Assembly: GCA_013239625.1 (NCBI GenBank) | Contig: MU054212.1 | Location: forward strand, 6,174,270-6,238,269 | DNA from: Lama guanicoe | Lineage: Eukaryota | Length of the DNA stretch: 64,000 nucleotides | Reading direction: 5' to 3' | Part shown: piece after piece, positions 1 through 12,879 of the stretch | Layout of the letters: the number at the start of each line of letters is the position of its first letter | Numbering within the stretch: position 1 is the stretch's first letter | Made by a program: the position numbers and the translations under genes | Notes under the pieces: model-generated | Told to the model about the DNA's origin: nothing | The model's input: the letters and a program-made list of their open reading frames with translations, nothing else | Database searches by the model: none

Positions 1-170
1 AATAAGTGCAGTTTTTTTATGTTGCTTTAATATTTATGCAATTTCTAAAATGTAATACCAAGGTATGGCTAATAGATTCATAAAATCAAAATTCACTTTG
101 TTGAATGGTTATTTAATTTTCTAATTCTACCACTAATGATTACTTAAAACTCTTTCTTGTTTATTTCTAG

Positions 171-278
171 TTCTGTCCACTTTGCCGTTTAATACCTAAT
201 GAGAATCCAAGCGGCTTCAATGGCAGCTTAATAAGACATTTGCAAGTCAGTCACACTTTGTTTTACGATGATTTCATA
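171..278 (+). CDS. RNF125: RNF125 penultimate coding exon (C2H2 zinc finger)
   Basis: ttctag|TTC...ATA|gtaagt, 108 nt, phase 0-0. Translates [36 protein letters not shown], recognisable as RNF125/TRAC-1. Confidence 0.96.
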
Positions 279-1304
279 GTAAGTATATTTTCTTACTTTT
301 ACATTATATTTTTATGCTGTGTTAAGCTTACCTTTCTTAATCCACGCAAATAAGATTATAGAGGAAATATATATGTATAGCTGAAATGTTAAGTATTAGC
401 ATTAAGTAGGAAACTGTAAAAACATGGTGTTTTATAAATTGACTATTAATGGTAATCTGCCTTAGATAAAATTATTTTCTTTGTAATGTAATTAGCCATT
501 TGTATAAAGACCCAGCTTTTACTTTCAAATTATTTTACTTTCTACTCTAGTGCCTCCCTATATATAGTTATATTTTTATGAGGTTAAAATCTTATATAGC
601 TGAGAAGAAATCATACCAGTAATGAAATGGCTCAGAGAATTTGCGTTCCATTTATAGTACGTTGGATGACTAGTAACAGGTATCACATCATCAGTGTAGT
701 GAGGCACATGGGCTCCATTTTTCATTTAAATTCTGTAAAACTCATGTTTATTGGACTTTTTAAAACTTAAAAAAATTTTAAACAGATATAAAAGTAGACA
801 GAATAATATGATGAACCCCTGTATACCCATCAGGGGGTACCCATCAATAACTTCCAATTCATGGCCAATCTCATTATGTTAAGAATGTTTTTAAGATGAA
901 AGAAAAGTCTGATATGGTATGAGTCGTTCTAATACTTATGACTGTGTTTCCCATTATCAGAAACGATAGTAACAAGCAAAAGATTAGCACAGCCTGTTCT
1001 ACTTTGGTCCCTGCATTGCCATTGCCGCGTGAGGGGAATATGTTGTCCCCTGAGTCCCTCTCAGCGGAGGGGTATTGCCTGTTATGGAGGGAAAATCACT
1101 CATATCCGTGTTCTGAAATAGTACATTCAGTTGTTACTTTTATCTCAGTGTGTGAAATGTTAAGGGTTAAATTTGAATTTGCATATCATTTTGACTGTTT
1201 TCTTCTTATGCAATTTCAAAATGGAATTTAATAACTATTGAGGATTGTCATTTGACAGTTTTCCGCATGCATTCTGATCTGCCCACCCAGATTACCCAGA
1301 TTCA

Positions 1305-1475
1305 ACACAAGGAACTTGGGTTCTGACCTGGGTTTCAGTAGGAGCTCTGTGACCTTGGGCACGGTGTTTAACTTTGGAGCTTCTGTTTGATCATTTGTTA
1401 AGTGACGAGAGCACGAACAGCTTCCAAAAGCTTGCACGAGGAATAAATGAGATAACCCACGTAGAGAGTTGTGCA
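1305..1475 (+). mobile_element. MIR SINE fragment
   Basis: MIR core-like ctctgtgaccttgggca...tttaac...ctgttt...catttgt. Confidence 0.65.
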
Positions 1476-1889
1476 TCAGGAGGTGGGGAGAGAGTAAATG
1501 GGAGTATCAGGACCACAGGAAGAATTGAACAGATGGCACTACAGAGGCTTCATATGCTTTAGTCTGTTTCTCAGATAATCTCTTTTCTGGCCACTGAAGC
1601 CCACAAGCCCCCAACAGAGCCTCATTCTGGTCTGGTCTATGTGTTCTCATTTCTTGTAACGCCTAGAGGTTCCTCTCTAGACTGCCTCCATAAGGTGTTC
1701 TAAAAGCCAGGTTGATTCCATATCTGTTCTGGCTGTTCATCTCCAGTTCATTCTTCTCAAGATCTTTCAGAATATGATCCAGGACTGGTCAGGAAGAAGC
1801 CACTTGGATGGGAATACTTTCCACCCACTCAAAACCATATTATCGGATGTGGAAGGGAGGTTGAAATAGTATTGTTTTGATTTTTTTGT

Positions 1890-2075
1890 TTCCTAAACTA
1901 CCAAGTACCATGCTAGGCACGTTACGCAAATTATCTCATTTTATTCCTTGCAGCAGCTTCTGTGAAGTGAGCACTATATCATTATCCTTACTTAGCTATG
2001 AAATAGCTGATGCTCAAAGGTTAGTAAGTTGCCTCAGAACAAACCTGGTACTGAGTCCAAATCTGGTGCTTTCTG
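1890..2075 (-). mobile_element. MIR SINE fragment
   Basis: Reverse MIR: tgctaggcac...tctcattt...gatgctcaaaggttagtaagttgcc. Confidence 0.6.
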
Positions 2076-2733
2076 TCTTTCATTTGGATTTTATTTATTG
2101 GCTTTTATGTTTTAGAATGGACTTCCAATAATTTATTTTGTTTTTTTAGTTTATTGGCAAAGAAGAGATGAATTGCAGAGGATGGAGTTCTTAGTAGTTT
2201 TTGTTTTATTTATAGAATGTGCTGACCTAAAGTTCTGAATTCCGTTTTGACTGTAGCAAGGCAAGGAGAAAGAGAGTTTTGTTTTCGACATTTTTTTTTT
2301 TCAGAACCAGATATTCAGTAGTACTGCTGGGACTGGTGAACCCTACAGGAATATCTTAACTTTACTCCATATTACATGTTTATGTGGAGCACAGCACTCT
2401 GACCAGGATTTGTAATGTTGGCTAAAAACTACTAGTTAGATCAGACAAAAACCTTAAAATTCCAGATCAAGACTATTTCACTGGGACAATAACTAGTTAA
2501 TTGATAGGCAATAAAGTGAAATAGAAAATGCACAAACCCCAAAGCAAAAGTCCTGGGTTCTGTGAGTTTTTGTGGGAACTTGGACAGGTCACTAAACGCA
2601 GGGCATGACTTTGCAAAATGAGGCATTCCTCTAACTCTCATGCCCCCAGTATCTGAAAATGGTCATCTCTGACTATGTTTCTTTCTTTTTTTTTTTCCGA
2701 CTGTATGTTTCTAATTATTTTTCTTTATTGTAG

Positions 2734-2820
2734 GATTTTAATATAATTGAGGAAGCTCTTATCCAAAGGGTCTTAGACCGGTCACTTCTGGAATATGTGA
2801 ATCACTCGAACACCACATAA
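2734..2820 (+). CDS. RNF125: RNF125 last coding exon (UIM-containing C-terminus)
   Basis: ttgtag|GAT...TAA. Translates DFNIIEEALIQRVLDRSLLEYVNHSNTT*, in frame with the previous exon. Confidence 0.96.
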   Translation, partial: DFNIIEEALIQRVLDRSLLEYVNHSNTT

Positions 2821-3579
2821 TTTTATTAAAAGGAAAAAGAAAGAGACCATACAATTGCACCATTTTCTAAGATGCTGCTTGAAGAATTGGAGGAAAACCC
2901 AGTGCTTGTTGGGCAAAAAAGGTGTACAACACAGTTGTATGTTTGTCCATGTTTATCGTTATATTGCATTGTAAAACTGCTTTCATTTTGATGGTTTAGG
3001 TCCGTTTTACATTCTTGAGTTTCTTAGACACTTAACGGCATAAAGTACTCTCCGTCAGCCATTAATATATGGAAGAGAAACAGATGGCTGAGTATGTGGG
3101 TGAAGGATCTTTATTTGCAAATTGGATGACACTGTGTGTTATGCTACATAGGCTAATCTCATGGTTGGGCAAGATAACGAATTGTTGTTGTATGTGAAAG
3201 GACTGACGGTGAAACAGAGTGTGGTCATTCAAGGGAATATGAAATCTGTCCCAATGCTCTTGTTCTAATCTCTGATGGAATAACATGAATAACCTTGTAT
3301 GGGAGTAGGGAAAGAAGATTCTGGAAGTCGAAGACATCCATTTAACCAAGTTGTATAACATCATACTGTAACAAAATAAATTTCATGATAGGAATGTATA
3401 CTTAATTCTTTGACTTTTTTATCTATGCACACAAGAATTTAATATTATATTTTCAAATATTTGTAGCTTATTATTTAGAAATATTTCTATAATACAGGCA
3501 ATTTCTTAAGAACCATCAGCTGATATTTACAGTAGAAGTATTCACATCCATAATTTTTAGTGGAGAATCCTAAGGGCTT

Positions 3580-5200
3580 TGATTTTTTTTTTTAATTTTA
3601 ACCTTTAGAAAAACTATAAATATTGAAAACCAAACAGAAAATGTGTAGCTTATTACATTATTATAAGGAAACACTCTTTTAGAACTCTGCCAGCCACCTT
3701 GGATGTCCTCTGTGTGTCCCGTCATAGTTAACAACCCTCTTCCCCAACTCCACAGAAGTAACCACTACATTGACTTCAACAGTACTCACTTCCTTGTATT
3801 TCTTTATTATTTTATCACCCAAGTGTGTATCTCTACACACTAGATTTTAGCATCATCCATTTAAAATTATTTTATTAGATATATCTCTTACATCTCTTTT
3901 TAACTTACAGGTTTCCCCCTTCTTTCTTTTCCTTAAAATTAATCTGGTCTCACTCCCTATATTTTGTTAATTGCATACTCACGGCACAATTCAGCATGTT
4001 CCTCTGTCCTTGATATTGACACATGGGTCCAGAGCTTTGCTCAGACTCAGGTCCAACCTTTTGGCCAGACTATAGGTCATGGTATATTCTTTCATCAGAG
4101 GGCACAGCATGTCTGGTTCCCTCTTTTTGTGAAGTCAGCTGAAACTGATACTCAGTGCCTTTGAGATCCATTGATTTGTTGTAGGTTGGAGAATATGCTA
4201 TCATTTCTTTTTCATTTATAAGTTGGAACATTTTTATAAAGAGGTGTTTCCCCACATCTGCTATTTGGTTAACCAGTGGTAAAGTTCACATAGGAAAGGG
4301 GAAATAAACATTTGAATTTTCCCCTTTACTTACCAACTTTCAAGATAATAGACCTGTTTTTTATCATCTATAGATCACTTTTTTTAAGTGTTGTGAATGC
4401 ATGGATTCAAACTTTTTGATAGGCTTTAACCCATTTCAAATATTACCTTATTAAAGTTAAAACTGTCCTCTCTTTGGTCATTGGGAACCTCATTAAGTCA
4501 GCTTTGAGTTCTTTTGACAAGGACTATTAAAGTCTAGCTGTCTTTAATAGCTTCCTTGTGGTCTCATACGACAAGATATTTTTTCCAGTTTCAGCCTGTA
4601 ATGTTTCCTGTCCCAGACCTGAAATCTGCCATTTCTCTAAGAAGCCTGGTTACTTTCAGTGAGAAACAGTGCTTCAAAACCATAATTGGGGCTGTTAAGT
4701 TCACTGAGACTAGATCGGTCATTGTTTCTAGGAGAGAGCTAAGTGAGAATCTTTTTTTTTTTTTAAAGATAAAAACTTAATGAGTTTATTTTGATACTCC
4801 AAATCAAATTGAGTATTACAGGATTTTTACCTCATCCCTACTGTTACAATTGCACCTTTTATTTTTCTACATGAGAATGCTGGTTTTCAGGGACACAGGG
4901 CATGGCAGAATTAGAATATCCCACAATTATTCTTTTCCTTTATCTACTTTACGCACGCAGCAGTCTCAGAATAATAACATTAATAAACCACCACCACTAT
5001 GATAACTGGAACAATTAAAATTTTTTTCATTTGTTCTCCCCAGTCTTCTCTTATTTTTTTGAAGTTGTGCTTTATCAGCATTTTCAGAACATATTAGTAA
5101 AACATACAGTACTCTCTCCCTTTAATCCCCCATTTAGCCTTAGTTCTCCAAGTAACTGTATATTCACTGCTTGCCACCACTCCTTATTTGATGGCTCTGT
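3580..5200 (-). mobile_element. Old LINE-1 (L1M-type) 3' region, antisense within the RNF125 3'UTR
   Basis: T-rich start and L1 3'UTR-like motifs (agaagtaaccactac..ttgac; cccagacctgaaatctgccatttctctaagaagcc). Confidence 0.6.
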
Positions 5201-5650
5201 TTTTTATATCTGGCTCTTTAATGACAAATTCAGGATATAGAATAACAGTCCCATCTTGAAAGCAAGCAAAGACGCTATGAAGACTATTGATTTCAACTCT
5301 TGGGGATATAAGGTTATTTGGCTGTAGTTCGCTTTTTAACTATAATCTTTTATAAACTTCTTTGTTCCTTACACATAAATGTAGTCATAATCTTGTTCCC
5401 CCAAATCTTCTATAATAAATTATTCATTACTTCTTAAAAGCCTTGCTTATTGTTCTGCCATCCCCTGCAAGGTGATTAGAAAAACGTGATTAGTAAAGTT
5501 GGATGGAATCCAGAGGGCTGTATTTCCTCCCTTTTAGATGTTGGTTTCAGGCTTGCTTTTCACAGATGCTAACAAGTAACAGCAGATTTTTAGTCTCACG
5601 ACCCGTCTTCCTGCAATTTGGTTGGGCCATCCAATAAAGCAAAACCTACT

Positions 5651-5750
5651 GGGGAGCAGGGCATAGCTCAGTGGTAAAGCGTGTGCTTAGCATGCACCAG
5701 GTCCTGGGTTCAAGCCTCTGTGCCTCCGTTAAAAAAGTACAAAAGAAAAG
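5651..5750 (+). mobile_element. Camelid tRNA-Ala-derived SINE (Vic-1 type)
   Basis: Box A tagctcagtggta, cttagca anticodon loop, box B ggttcaag, A tail. Degenerate TSD aaacctactg/aaatctattg. Confidence 0.85.
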
Positions 5751-6038
5751 AAATCTATTGGACAACAAGGGCAAAAGGAGAGAAGTTTTTCAGAGGTAAT
5801 TGTTAGATTCAAAATCTAGTCCCTTAAGAATAAAAGAACATGTTTCTTAGCACTAGTACTATCCAGAAAACAAACTTTTGTAAATTCAGAGCAATACAGA
5901 AGGCATCTTTAAAATCTGTAAAACTTGAAAAAAAAACTTCAAAAACTGTATTTTAAGTGAAGGTTTAAGTCACCTGCTACTATTAACCTCAGGGCAGCAA
6001 TTCTCCAGCCCATCCCTGGATTCCCTTTATGATAATTT

Positions 6039-6054
6039 CGCCCCCTAGAGGACA
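6039..6054 (-). promoter_or_regulatory. CTCF motif, reverse orientation
   Basis: Reverse complement TGTCCTCTAGGGGGCG matches the CTCF core CCASYAGRKGGCRS with one mismatch. Confidence 0.55.
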
Positions 6055-6881
6055 AATTAGGTGCTGGCACCTGAATCATTTTGCCTTTTGAATTGAGTTC
6101 TAAAATAGTGAAGTGCAACTACTACTCATTATTTCACTGTGCCTTTAACCTTTTCTAAAAAGGAATTTATAATTCATTGTTTTCAAAAAATGAAAATCAC
6201 TATTTGAAGCTGTGGACTACTAACAAAAAAACTTTGCTCATTTTCTTTATAGCGCCAACTGCCACTTTCTCAAGGCCTTACGAGGGGAAAACTGATTCAC
6301 GTGTTATTCTTTAAAAGCTAACTACTTCTAATCCTACAAAAATCCACGGAGATTTTTTTCTTTTACGTATTTTTTTTCACCTAACTTTCTAAAATGTAGG
6401 TTGAAAAATTGGATTGTGAATTTACAGTAAAGATAGTTCCGGGTCAGATCTCCTAAACGATTCAGCTCTAATAATGTTGCTTATTACTTTTACTGGGTGC
6501 TAAGTGTCTTTGTTTTTGAAGTGAGCTTACTCCAGTCATTGAATATTTAACATGTAATTACTGCCTTCCAGCATTGAAGTTTTTTGAAAAGTCACTAAAA
6601 GATTCATCCTTTTATTATTCAACTGCAAAAAATAAATCTGTATAATGATCAGAAGTTAAAATGTACAATTCTTTTCCTTCTGTAAATATGTATTATTGTG
6701 AGAAATAAAGAATGGCAGGACCATTGCTTTCATTAAAATATCTACTGTGTCTGTTCTTAAATATGGATCTTGATAATTTTTTACATTAAATATATTACTT
6801 TTTATGCTCTTAAACCTAATATACTTTTTAAATTGTCATCATCCAGCAGTATCTATCGGGAAAATTTACCTTCATTTAGGC

Positions 6882-7086
6882 CAGCAGTTCTCAATCGGGG
6901 ACAGTTCTGCCACCCAGAGGACATTTGACATAGTCACAATGTCATAACTGAGATATGGTATGGCCCAGGGATGTGGGTCAAGGCAAGGGATGCAACTCAA
7001 CATTCTACAATGAACAGAACAGCCCCTCATAACAAAGAATTAATGCTGCCCAAAATGTCAATAGTGATGAGGTTTAGAAACCCCGA
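6882..7086 (+). mobile_element. MER20 (hAT-Charlie) DNA transposon
   Basis: cagcagttctcaatcgggg...ggacatttg...ccaaaatgtcaatagtg..gaggtt.agaaaccc resembles the MER20 consensus. Confidence 0.8.
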
Positions 7087-7806
7087 CTTACACCAAGGTA
7101 ATGGTGAGCACCACGGAGTTACTATTAGTTCTGCTTCCCAGGGGCTCCATTGAAATGTAAAAGGCAAAATGAAGATGAATTTTGTGCATCTTACTCTCTG
7201 CTAGATACGTATTAAGTTTTGGGTGGCTCTTGCTGTCATGGGTACTCCAGTTCAGAATATGCTCGAACATACGGAAGTGTTTTGGATTTTTCACAAGAAG
7301 AGGCACAGGCCAGAGCACAGGTGTTATTGGCATGACCTCTGATGACTGCTGAGTGACATCCTATAAAATAGCAGGAACCCAGGGTGGCTTGAGAAGACTT
7401 GGGTTATAGTTATTGAAGTAAATAAGGTAAAACATTACAGAGAGACACCTATGTCTAAGATCCTTGAGGCTAAGAAATATTTAAGTTTTTAATCTTACGT
7501 CTGGAGAATCATCTGGTATTTTAATCCTGCAGGCTTCAGAGAAGGCCACATGTAGGTCTTGCTTAGGGCTAATCATTGCCCCAAAGCAGCCATTTAAAAG
7601 ACCCAATGAGAGTGAAACACAGCGAAAGACTAGTCAAGACAGATGAGGGACAGCAGAACAATATATATTAGAGTTGCTGAGTTTAACTTGCTCCAGATTA
7701 TAAGTGTAGTAATTTGCTACAGAGTTAACCCAGGCAACTGAGTAAAATTGGCTGGCCCAGGTAATCAGATAAAATGAGGAAAATGCTCAGTACTTATATC
7801 CACTAT

Positions 7807-8050
7807 GTATTTTTTAGTTTTATTGAAGTATGGTTGATTTACAATATTGTGTTAGTTTTACGTATACAGCAAAGTGATTCAGTTATACACATATATATTC
7901 TTTTTCAGGTTCTTTTCCGTCAGAGTTTTTATTACAAGATACTGAATATAATTCCCTGTGCTACATAGTAAATCCTTTTTTTTTGTTAATCTGTTTCGTA
8001 TATAATAGTGTTATCTGTGAATCCCATACTCTTAATTTATCTCTCCCCCA
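7807..8050 (-). mobile_element. 5'-truncated L1 3' end (artiodactyl type) with 11-bp TSD
   Basis: tttattgaagtatggttgatttacaat...cagcaaagtgattcagttatac. TSD ATATCCACTAT at 7796-7806 and 8051-8061. Confidence 0.85.
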
Positions 8051-8274
8051 ATATCCACTATATTTTGATATGCTTCTAAGCGTATTTCACTTTGTCCTTT
8101 TGATGCATTCTTAATAATGTATGCCAAGAAGGTCAAAGTCTTATATATAAAATCATACTATCCTTTCATAGTATTTCAAGGGTGTGTTCTCCAGAAATTT
8201 CAGCCTTGAGGCATTGTAGTATTAAGACTACCTTAAAGAGAGAAACAATAACTTTCTAATAAGAATTTTTTTTC

Positions 8275-8510
8275 ATAAAGTAGTCCAACTCTTAGAAATA
8301 GAAAATAGAATGGTAGTTGTCAGGGAATAGAGGAAGAGGGAAAGAGAAGTTGCCCAAGGCATATAGACTTTCAGTTTTGCAAGATGAAAAAGTTCTGGAG
8401 ACCTGCTGCATACGGTACACGTAGTTAATACTACTGAATTGTACAGTTAAAAATGGTTAAAATGGTAAACTTTGTATTATATATTTTGTACCACAATAAA
8501 CAAACAAAAT
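8275..8510 (+). mobile_element. L1MA/MB 3' end
   Basis: gaaaatagaatggtagttgtcaggg...tttcagttttgcaagatgaaaaagttctggaga...aaaatggttaa...accacaataaa. Confidence 0.8.
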
Positions 8511-9344
8511 TAGTATGTGGGCATACAAAATAACCTGGTGTATATATAGTTTTATGCCACCCAGTTTGGAAAATTATAATTGTTGGCGAAATTTAGGTAA
8601 GAAGTATCCTGTCACTGGTGAAGCCCTTCAGGTTTCAAAAATAAAGTATTTAAATATAGAGACTGAACAAAGCTCTTCCCTGTTGCTATTTTTTCCTCTC
8701 ACAGGTCTCTCTCCAGACATCTGATGAAATTTAAAACACACAGCTTTGCTAACTGGTTTTTGTCCCCATTTGCAGCGGTTGTACATTCTCTCAGGTGCTT
8801 ACTGATTTGAGTCGCCAGTCTGAGTCAGTACCACTTAATTGTAAGATTCCTGATGGAACTCTTAGGAAGGGAAGGCAGTTCTTGTTTTTGTAATGTGTAC
8901 TATTACTGCTGTTGTTGTTGTTGTTGTTTTTCACACTGAATATCTTGAGCTCAAATAATTTAGTGTTTGGGGACCACAAGGAGGGGAGAGTTTGCCTGAC
9001 ACTAAAGTCAACGCAAGGAAAGCAGACCCAAGAGAAAGTGAGAAACTAAATCCTTATCTTCTGAGCCTCTGGCTTCAAACAAGCATTATCTCAGCTTCCC
9101 CACCAGAATGATGGGAGCTAGAGAATTCTATTTGTTCCTGAAGCCATTTTAATTTGGATTTCCATCACTTGCAACCAAAAGAAATTTGACGAATACGCGC
9201 TCCATGCATTATCTCTGCGTCCTTAACATTTGTTTCCCCCCTTACCTCGTTCAACCTGGGTTCTGCAATTTTCAATGTAAGAGTCCTAAGTGATATAAAA
9301 ATCAGCACCCAAAGTGGAATTATTACTTTAGATCATAAGAGACA

Positions 9345-10220
9345 GTGTAGAATTAGCTGAGCTGTGACTAGGCTGGGGTCATTGGGCAGTAAAGATTCCT
9401 CCGTTGCAGGATAAGAAACTTAAGTTTTTGTGTATAGATGTAAAACTGTTGGCATATGGCCATGGAGGGTGAAACTTTAGAGGACTTACTAGCAAAATGT
9501 CCATAATGGGTTAGTATCAGTATGCCAGTTATGAATCCATTACTTTTCAGCTTCAAACTAAATCCTTTTTTTGCCCGCAGCATGAAAATGAATCTGGGCC
9601 TTCCAAATATCTCTCCTTTGCCAGTTGACAAAAGAAGTTTTGTCAATAGGGGGCACTTGAGAGATCTTGCGGGAGGAAAGGAGTTCTGTTTCCAAGTTCT
9701 GGTGCGCACACTTCCAGTAGCTCACAGGGCCAGCAGCACCCAGAGACAGAAGCTTCCTCCAACATCCCCCTGGATGCCTCCCATGAGACACTTCTGTGTG
9801 AAAAATAGCTTCCCCTGGCACCCTAGAGGACAGATTTCTAGCAAGTTCCAACAGCATGGCACCGCAGTAACTTCTCTGCTATCCAGTGAGCCACAGCAGG
9901 GCCCTCTCCAGCAAGACCTGGATCTCAGCCCTAGAGGTGGTGGAAGCAGCGTACTCCTTTGGGTATTCTATCTCAATCACATTTTTTTTCTTTTAAATAT
10001 GGACTGCATCATGAATTTGAGTATCATCCTCGCACAGGGGCCACGCTCATCTTCTCTGTATCATTCTGATTTTAGCACAGGTGCTGCCGATGTAAGTACT
10101 CAACCCTATATTCCGCAGTTCCCTTTACTTCCTAGATCAACCCCTAGTAGAGAGCTACAAATTCTTTACATTAAACTTTTTCTGTTCAAATCTCTCTCCA
10201 TATTAGATCCAGACTGACAA
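9345..10220. mobile_element. ERVL-class LTR-like element interrupted by the U6 retrocopy
   Basis: LTR-like 3' terminus attaaactttttctgttcaaa...gactgaca. Family not determined. Confidence 0.5.
9995..10099 (-). pseudogene. U6 snRNA processed pseudogene (full length)
   Basis: Ungapped match to the reverse complement of U6 over 105 nt, about 20 mismatches by manual count. ACAGAGA box retained. Poly(A) tail seen as a T-run at 9982-9994. Confidence 0.93.
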
Positions 10221-10365
10221 ATCAGATAATGTTACATTTTCCTGTTTACCTTCAATAGAGTACAAAAGAAACTTGGATGCTCCCTAAGATGTTCCTGGAT
10301 GTGAACAGGAGAAAAAGAAGGGTTGGGAAGTGAGAATGCTGAGGTCTAAATCCAGAAAGTAATCA

Positions 10366-10547
10366 GAGAGGCGGGACCATAGCTTAGTGGTCGACTGTGT
10401 GCTTAGCATGCATGAGGTTCTGAGTTCAATCCCCAGTACCGCCACTAAAAAAAAAAAAAAGTAGGTAAACAAACCTTATTATCTTCCCCTCACCCAAAAA
10501 AAAAAAGCCTTTTAAAAATTAAATAAATTAATTATTTTTTTAAAAAA
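10366..10547 (+). mobile_element. Camelid tRNA-Ala-derived SINE with perfect 12-bp TSD
   Basis: tRNA head and A-rich tail. TSD AGAAAGTAATCA at 10354-10365 and 10548-10559. Confidence 0.9.
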
Positions 10548-12879
10548 AGAAAGTAATCATTTGCTGGACTAAAGTGAAGAAGTCAAGTTCCCTGATTCAC
10601 TTCCCTTTCTGTGTAGTGAGATTTCTGTGTGTAAGATTAAAATGCTGACTGAGAAAGTGTGAGATCTTGGCAACTGGGGAGGAATTAATGGAGGATGTGG
10701 GGTACTGTGACTCCCTGAGCCATCCCACGAAGCCTCACGCTGGCTCCCCTGCTGAAGAACAGGATGACAGTGCCATGGCACGTATACTGGACCAGAGTTC
10801 AGTTTGGGGCAGAGTGATATTCTAGAAGATAGAGAAGAAGAGGTCTCTGACAGCCCAGCCAGTTTCTCCTTTCACACTGTCCTGAGAGACAGTTTGTCAA
10901 ACAGGGTGCACTGGGTATGTGTTCTCCCCAGAGACACTGCTCACGAGTATAGCCCAGCCTTGTCTCTTCAATTTAGCAGCCCTGGCAAAGTTTTTGCTGT
11001 TTACATTTAGAAAGTTTCCCTAAAATGAAACTGACAGACAGGTGACTAAAGTTTTATCAGAACCATAGCACTACCAAAAACCCAACCTGTGTAACAGGCC
11101 TGGGAGTCATTGGAATCAATGCGGCAGGATGTCCTAATTCCTTAGGAGTCTCAGGAAGAGTCTCATTTTTGTACCTTAATACCTGCAACAAAAAGTGAAT
11201 TGCACATGAGATACACCCCTCCCTTCTCCTTAGACAGGGCAGTCTACTCTGATGTCCTCTGAGGTGTTCCCCTGGCAATAGCAATGATCCCAGCGGGCAA
11301 TATCAGAAAGGCAGATTCGTTGATAATGGAATTCTCACCACTGTCAAGTCAACCAAATGATGCCCGCAAGACTCAGTGGTTTTCTGCTCCGCTTCATTAA
11401 CTCTGTCCAACAGCAGACAGTACATATCCTATGGTTTCTTCTCCTTTCTCCACGTTCTAAATGGAAGTTCTTATTGTAGTTGTATTTGTTCTGCTTTCCG
11501 GTACGTAAGAGGTGGTTCATAGGAATTACACTTATGGTTCAGTCTAAGACTGCAGGCTCATGAGATATTAAAAGTGGACCACATAAGACTCAACTAAAGG
11601 AAGAAGTAGGAGCTACTGGACTGGAAAAATAGTAGTCATGACATTGCCTCTAGAAACATGGCTAGAGGGGGCTTTAGATTGTTTCCCTTTGAGACATAAT
11701 ATGCATATGTATTGAGGGGGAAATGGCTGGAATAACTAACTTCGTGAACAAAAAGAAGAGTGTCTATGTGCTGGAGGCTCTCTAAAAATTAGGCTTTGTT
11801 TGCTTTTAAAAACTCCCGCCTCCACTGTTACACTAGAACTCATCTTGTGATAGTTGCCTTTGTCCTGGCCTTGAGCCCAGGACAGAACAAGGTCCAGAAT
11901 ATGTCTATACACGTGTGAAGTCAATGCAAGAAAAAAAGGAAAAAGGAAAAAGGAAATAGAGGAGGAGGAATTGAGAAGGGGCGAGGGGAAAGGACAGGAA
12001 GAGGGATCTTTTATCCTCAAATCAAATCTTTCTCTCAAATGTGAATAAAAGAACATCAAAAAAAAAGATGGAATGTGAGGTGATTGGTCGAAATCTACTG
12101 ACATTTCTGGTCTAGTCCATGGCTCTGCCTCTGAGGACAGCAAAGCTTATCCAGTGAAACAACTGTAGCTGCGTTCAGAATGTCTGTTTCACTGTTGGTT
12201 TGCTCTCTTCTGGTTGGCATTCTCTGCTTGGGGAAGGAAGGAGACGACTGCCCCATCTCTCTTGATAACATCCCTTCCAAGTGAATGCACTTAATGGAGA
12301 CTGACTGGAATATAGGGGTCTCAGTTGCACGTTCTTAAAAGTGTGACAGTCACAAGTTGGGACTATACACACCTTTATGTGAATCAGTTGTAACCTGGAG
12401 GCTGTATTCCACTGGATGAAACAGGACCAATGGGCTACTAACAGGAATATTATTTAAAATATAGCTCTATAATAGTACACAAAAATACTGCCGATATGAG
12501 ATTAAATGTCATGTAAATAGCATGAAAATGCATATGTATAATGACTTTTATGAAGGAGCTGAAATTTGTCCCAACCTGGGGTGGACTAAAAAAGGGTAAA
12601 TTCTTTTATTTTCTATACTTAATTAGATCTCACTTTTGAGTTTCCGTTTTGTGCTAATTTGCGGCGGTGTGAGGAGAGAATTTAAACTTGGCAATGGAAA
12701 GTAACTCAACTCCTACTCTTCTGGGAAGAGAACTGCTTTTGCAGTGTTTCTTTCTCTTCTGCTTTCCCCTCATCCTTCTGAAGTGTTGATTCAGTTAGGA
12801 AAATAGGTCAGTGTCCAATCAGGAAAGAAAGCTCTCTTAAGTAGTTCAAAAGAGGATGTTTTACATGGCAAACTAATGA

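Larger units (their letters stand above)
2821..6750 (+). other. RNF125: RNF125 3'UTR (probable long form; 3' end uncertain)
   Basis: AATAAA at 3375-3380, 6631-6636 and 6704-6709. AU-rich distal segment with Pumilio element TGTAAATA at 6681-6688. Confidence 0.5.

Noticed and set aside
551..679. Possible cassette exon in the last RNF125 intron (acceptor ctctag|, donor CAG|gtatca)
   Set aside because: The donor is weak, there is an in-frame stop at about 620, and nothing else supports it. It is likely a chance match in AT-rich DNA.
9522..10217. 231-aa plus-strand ORF
   Set aside because: It runs through an LTR and the antisense U6 retrocopy and has no recognisable domain.
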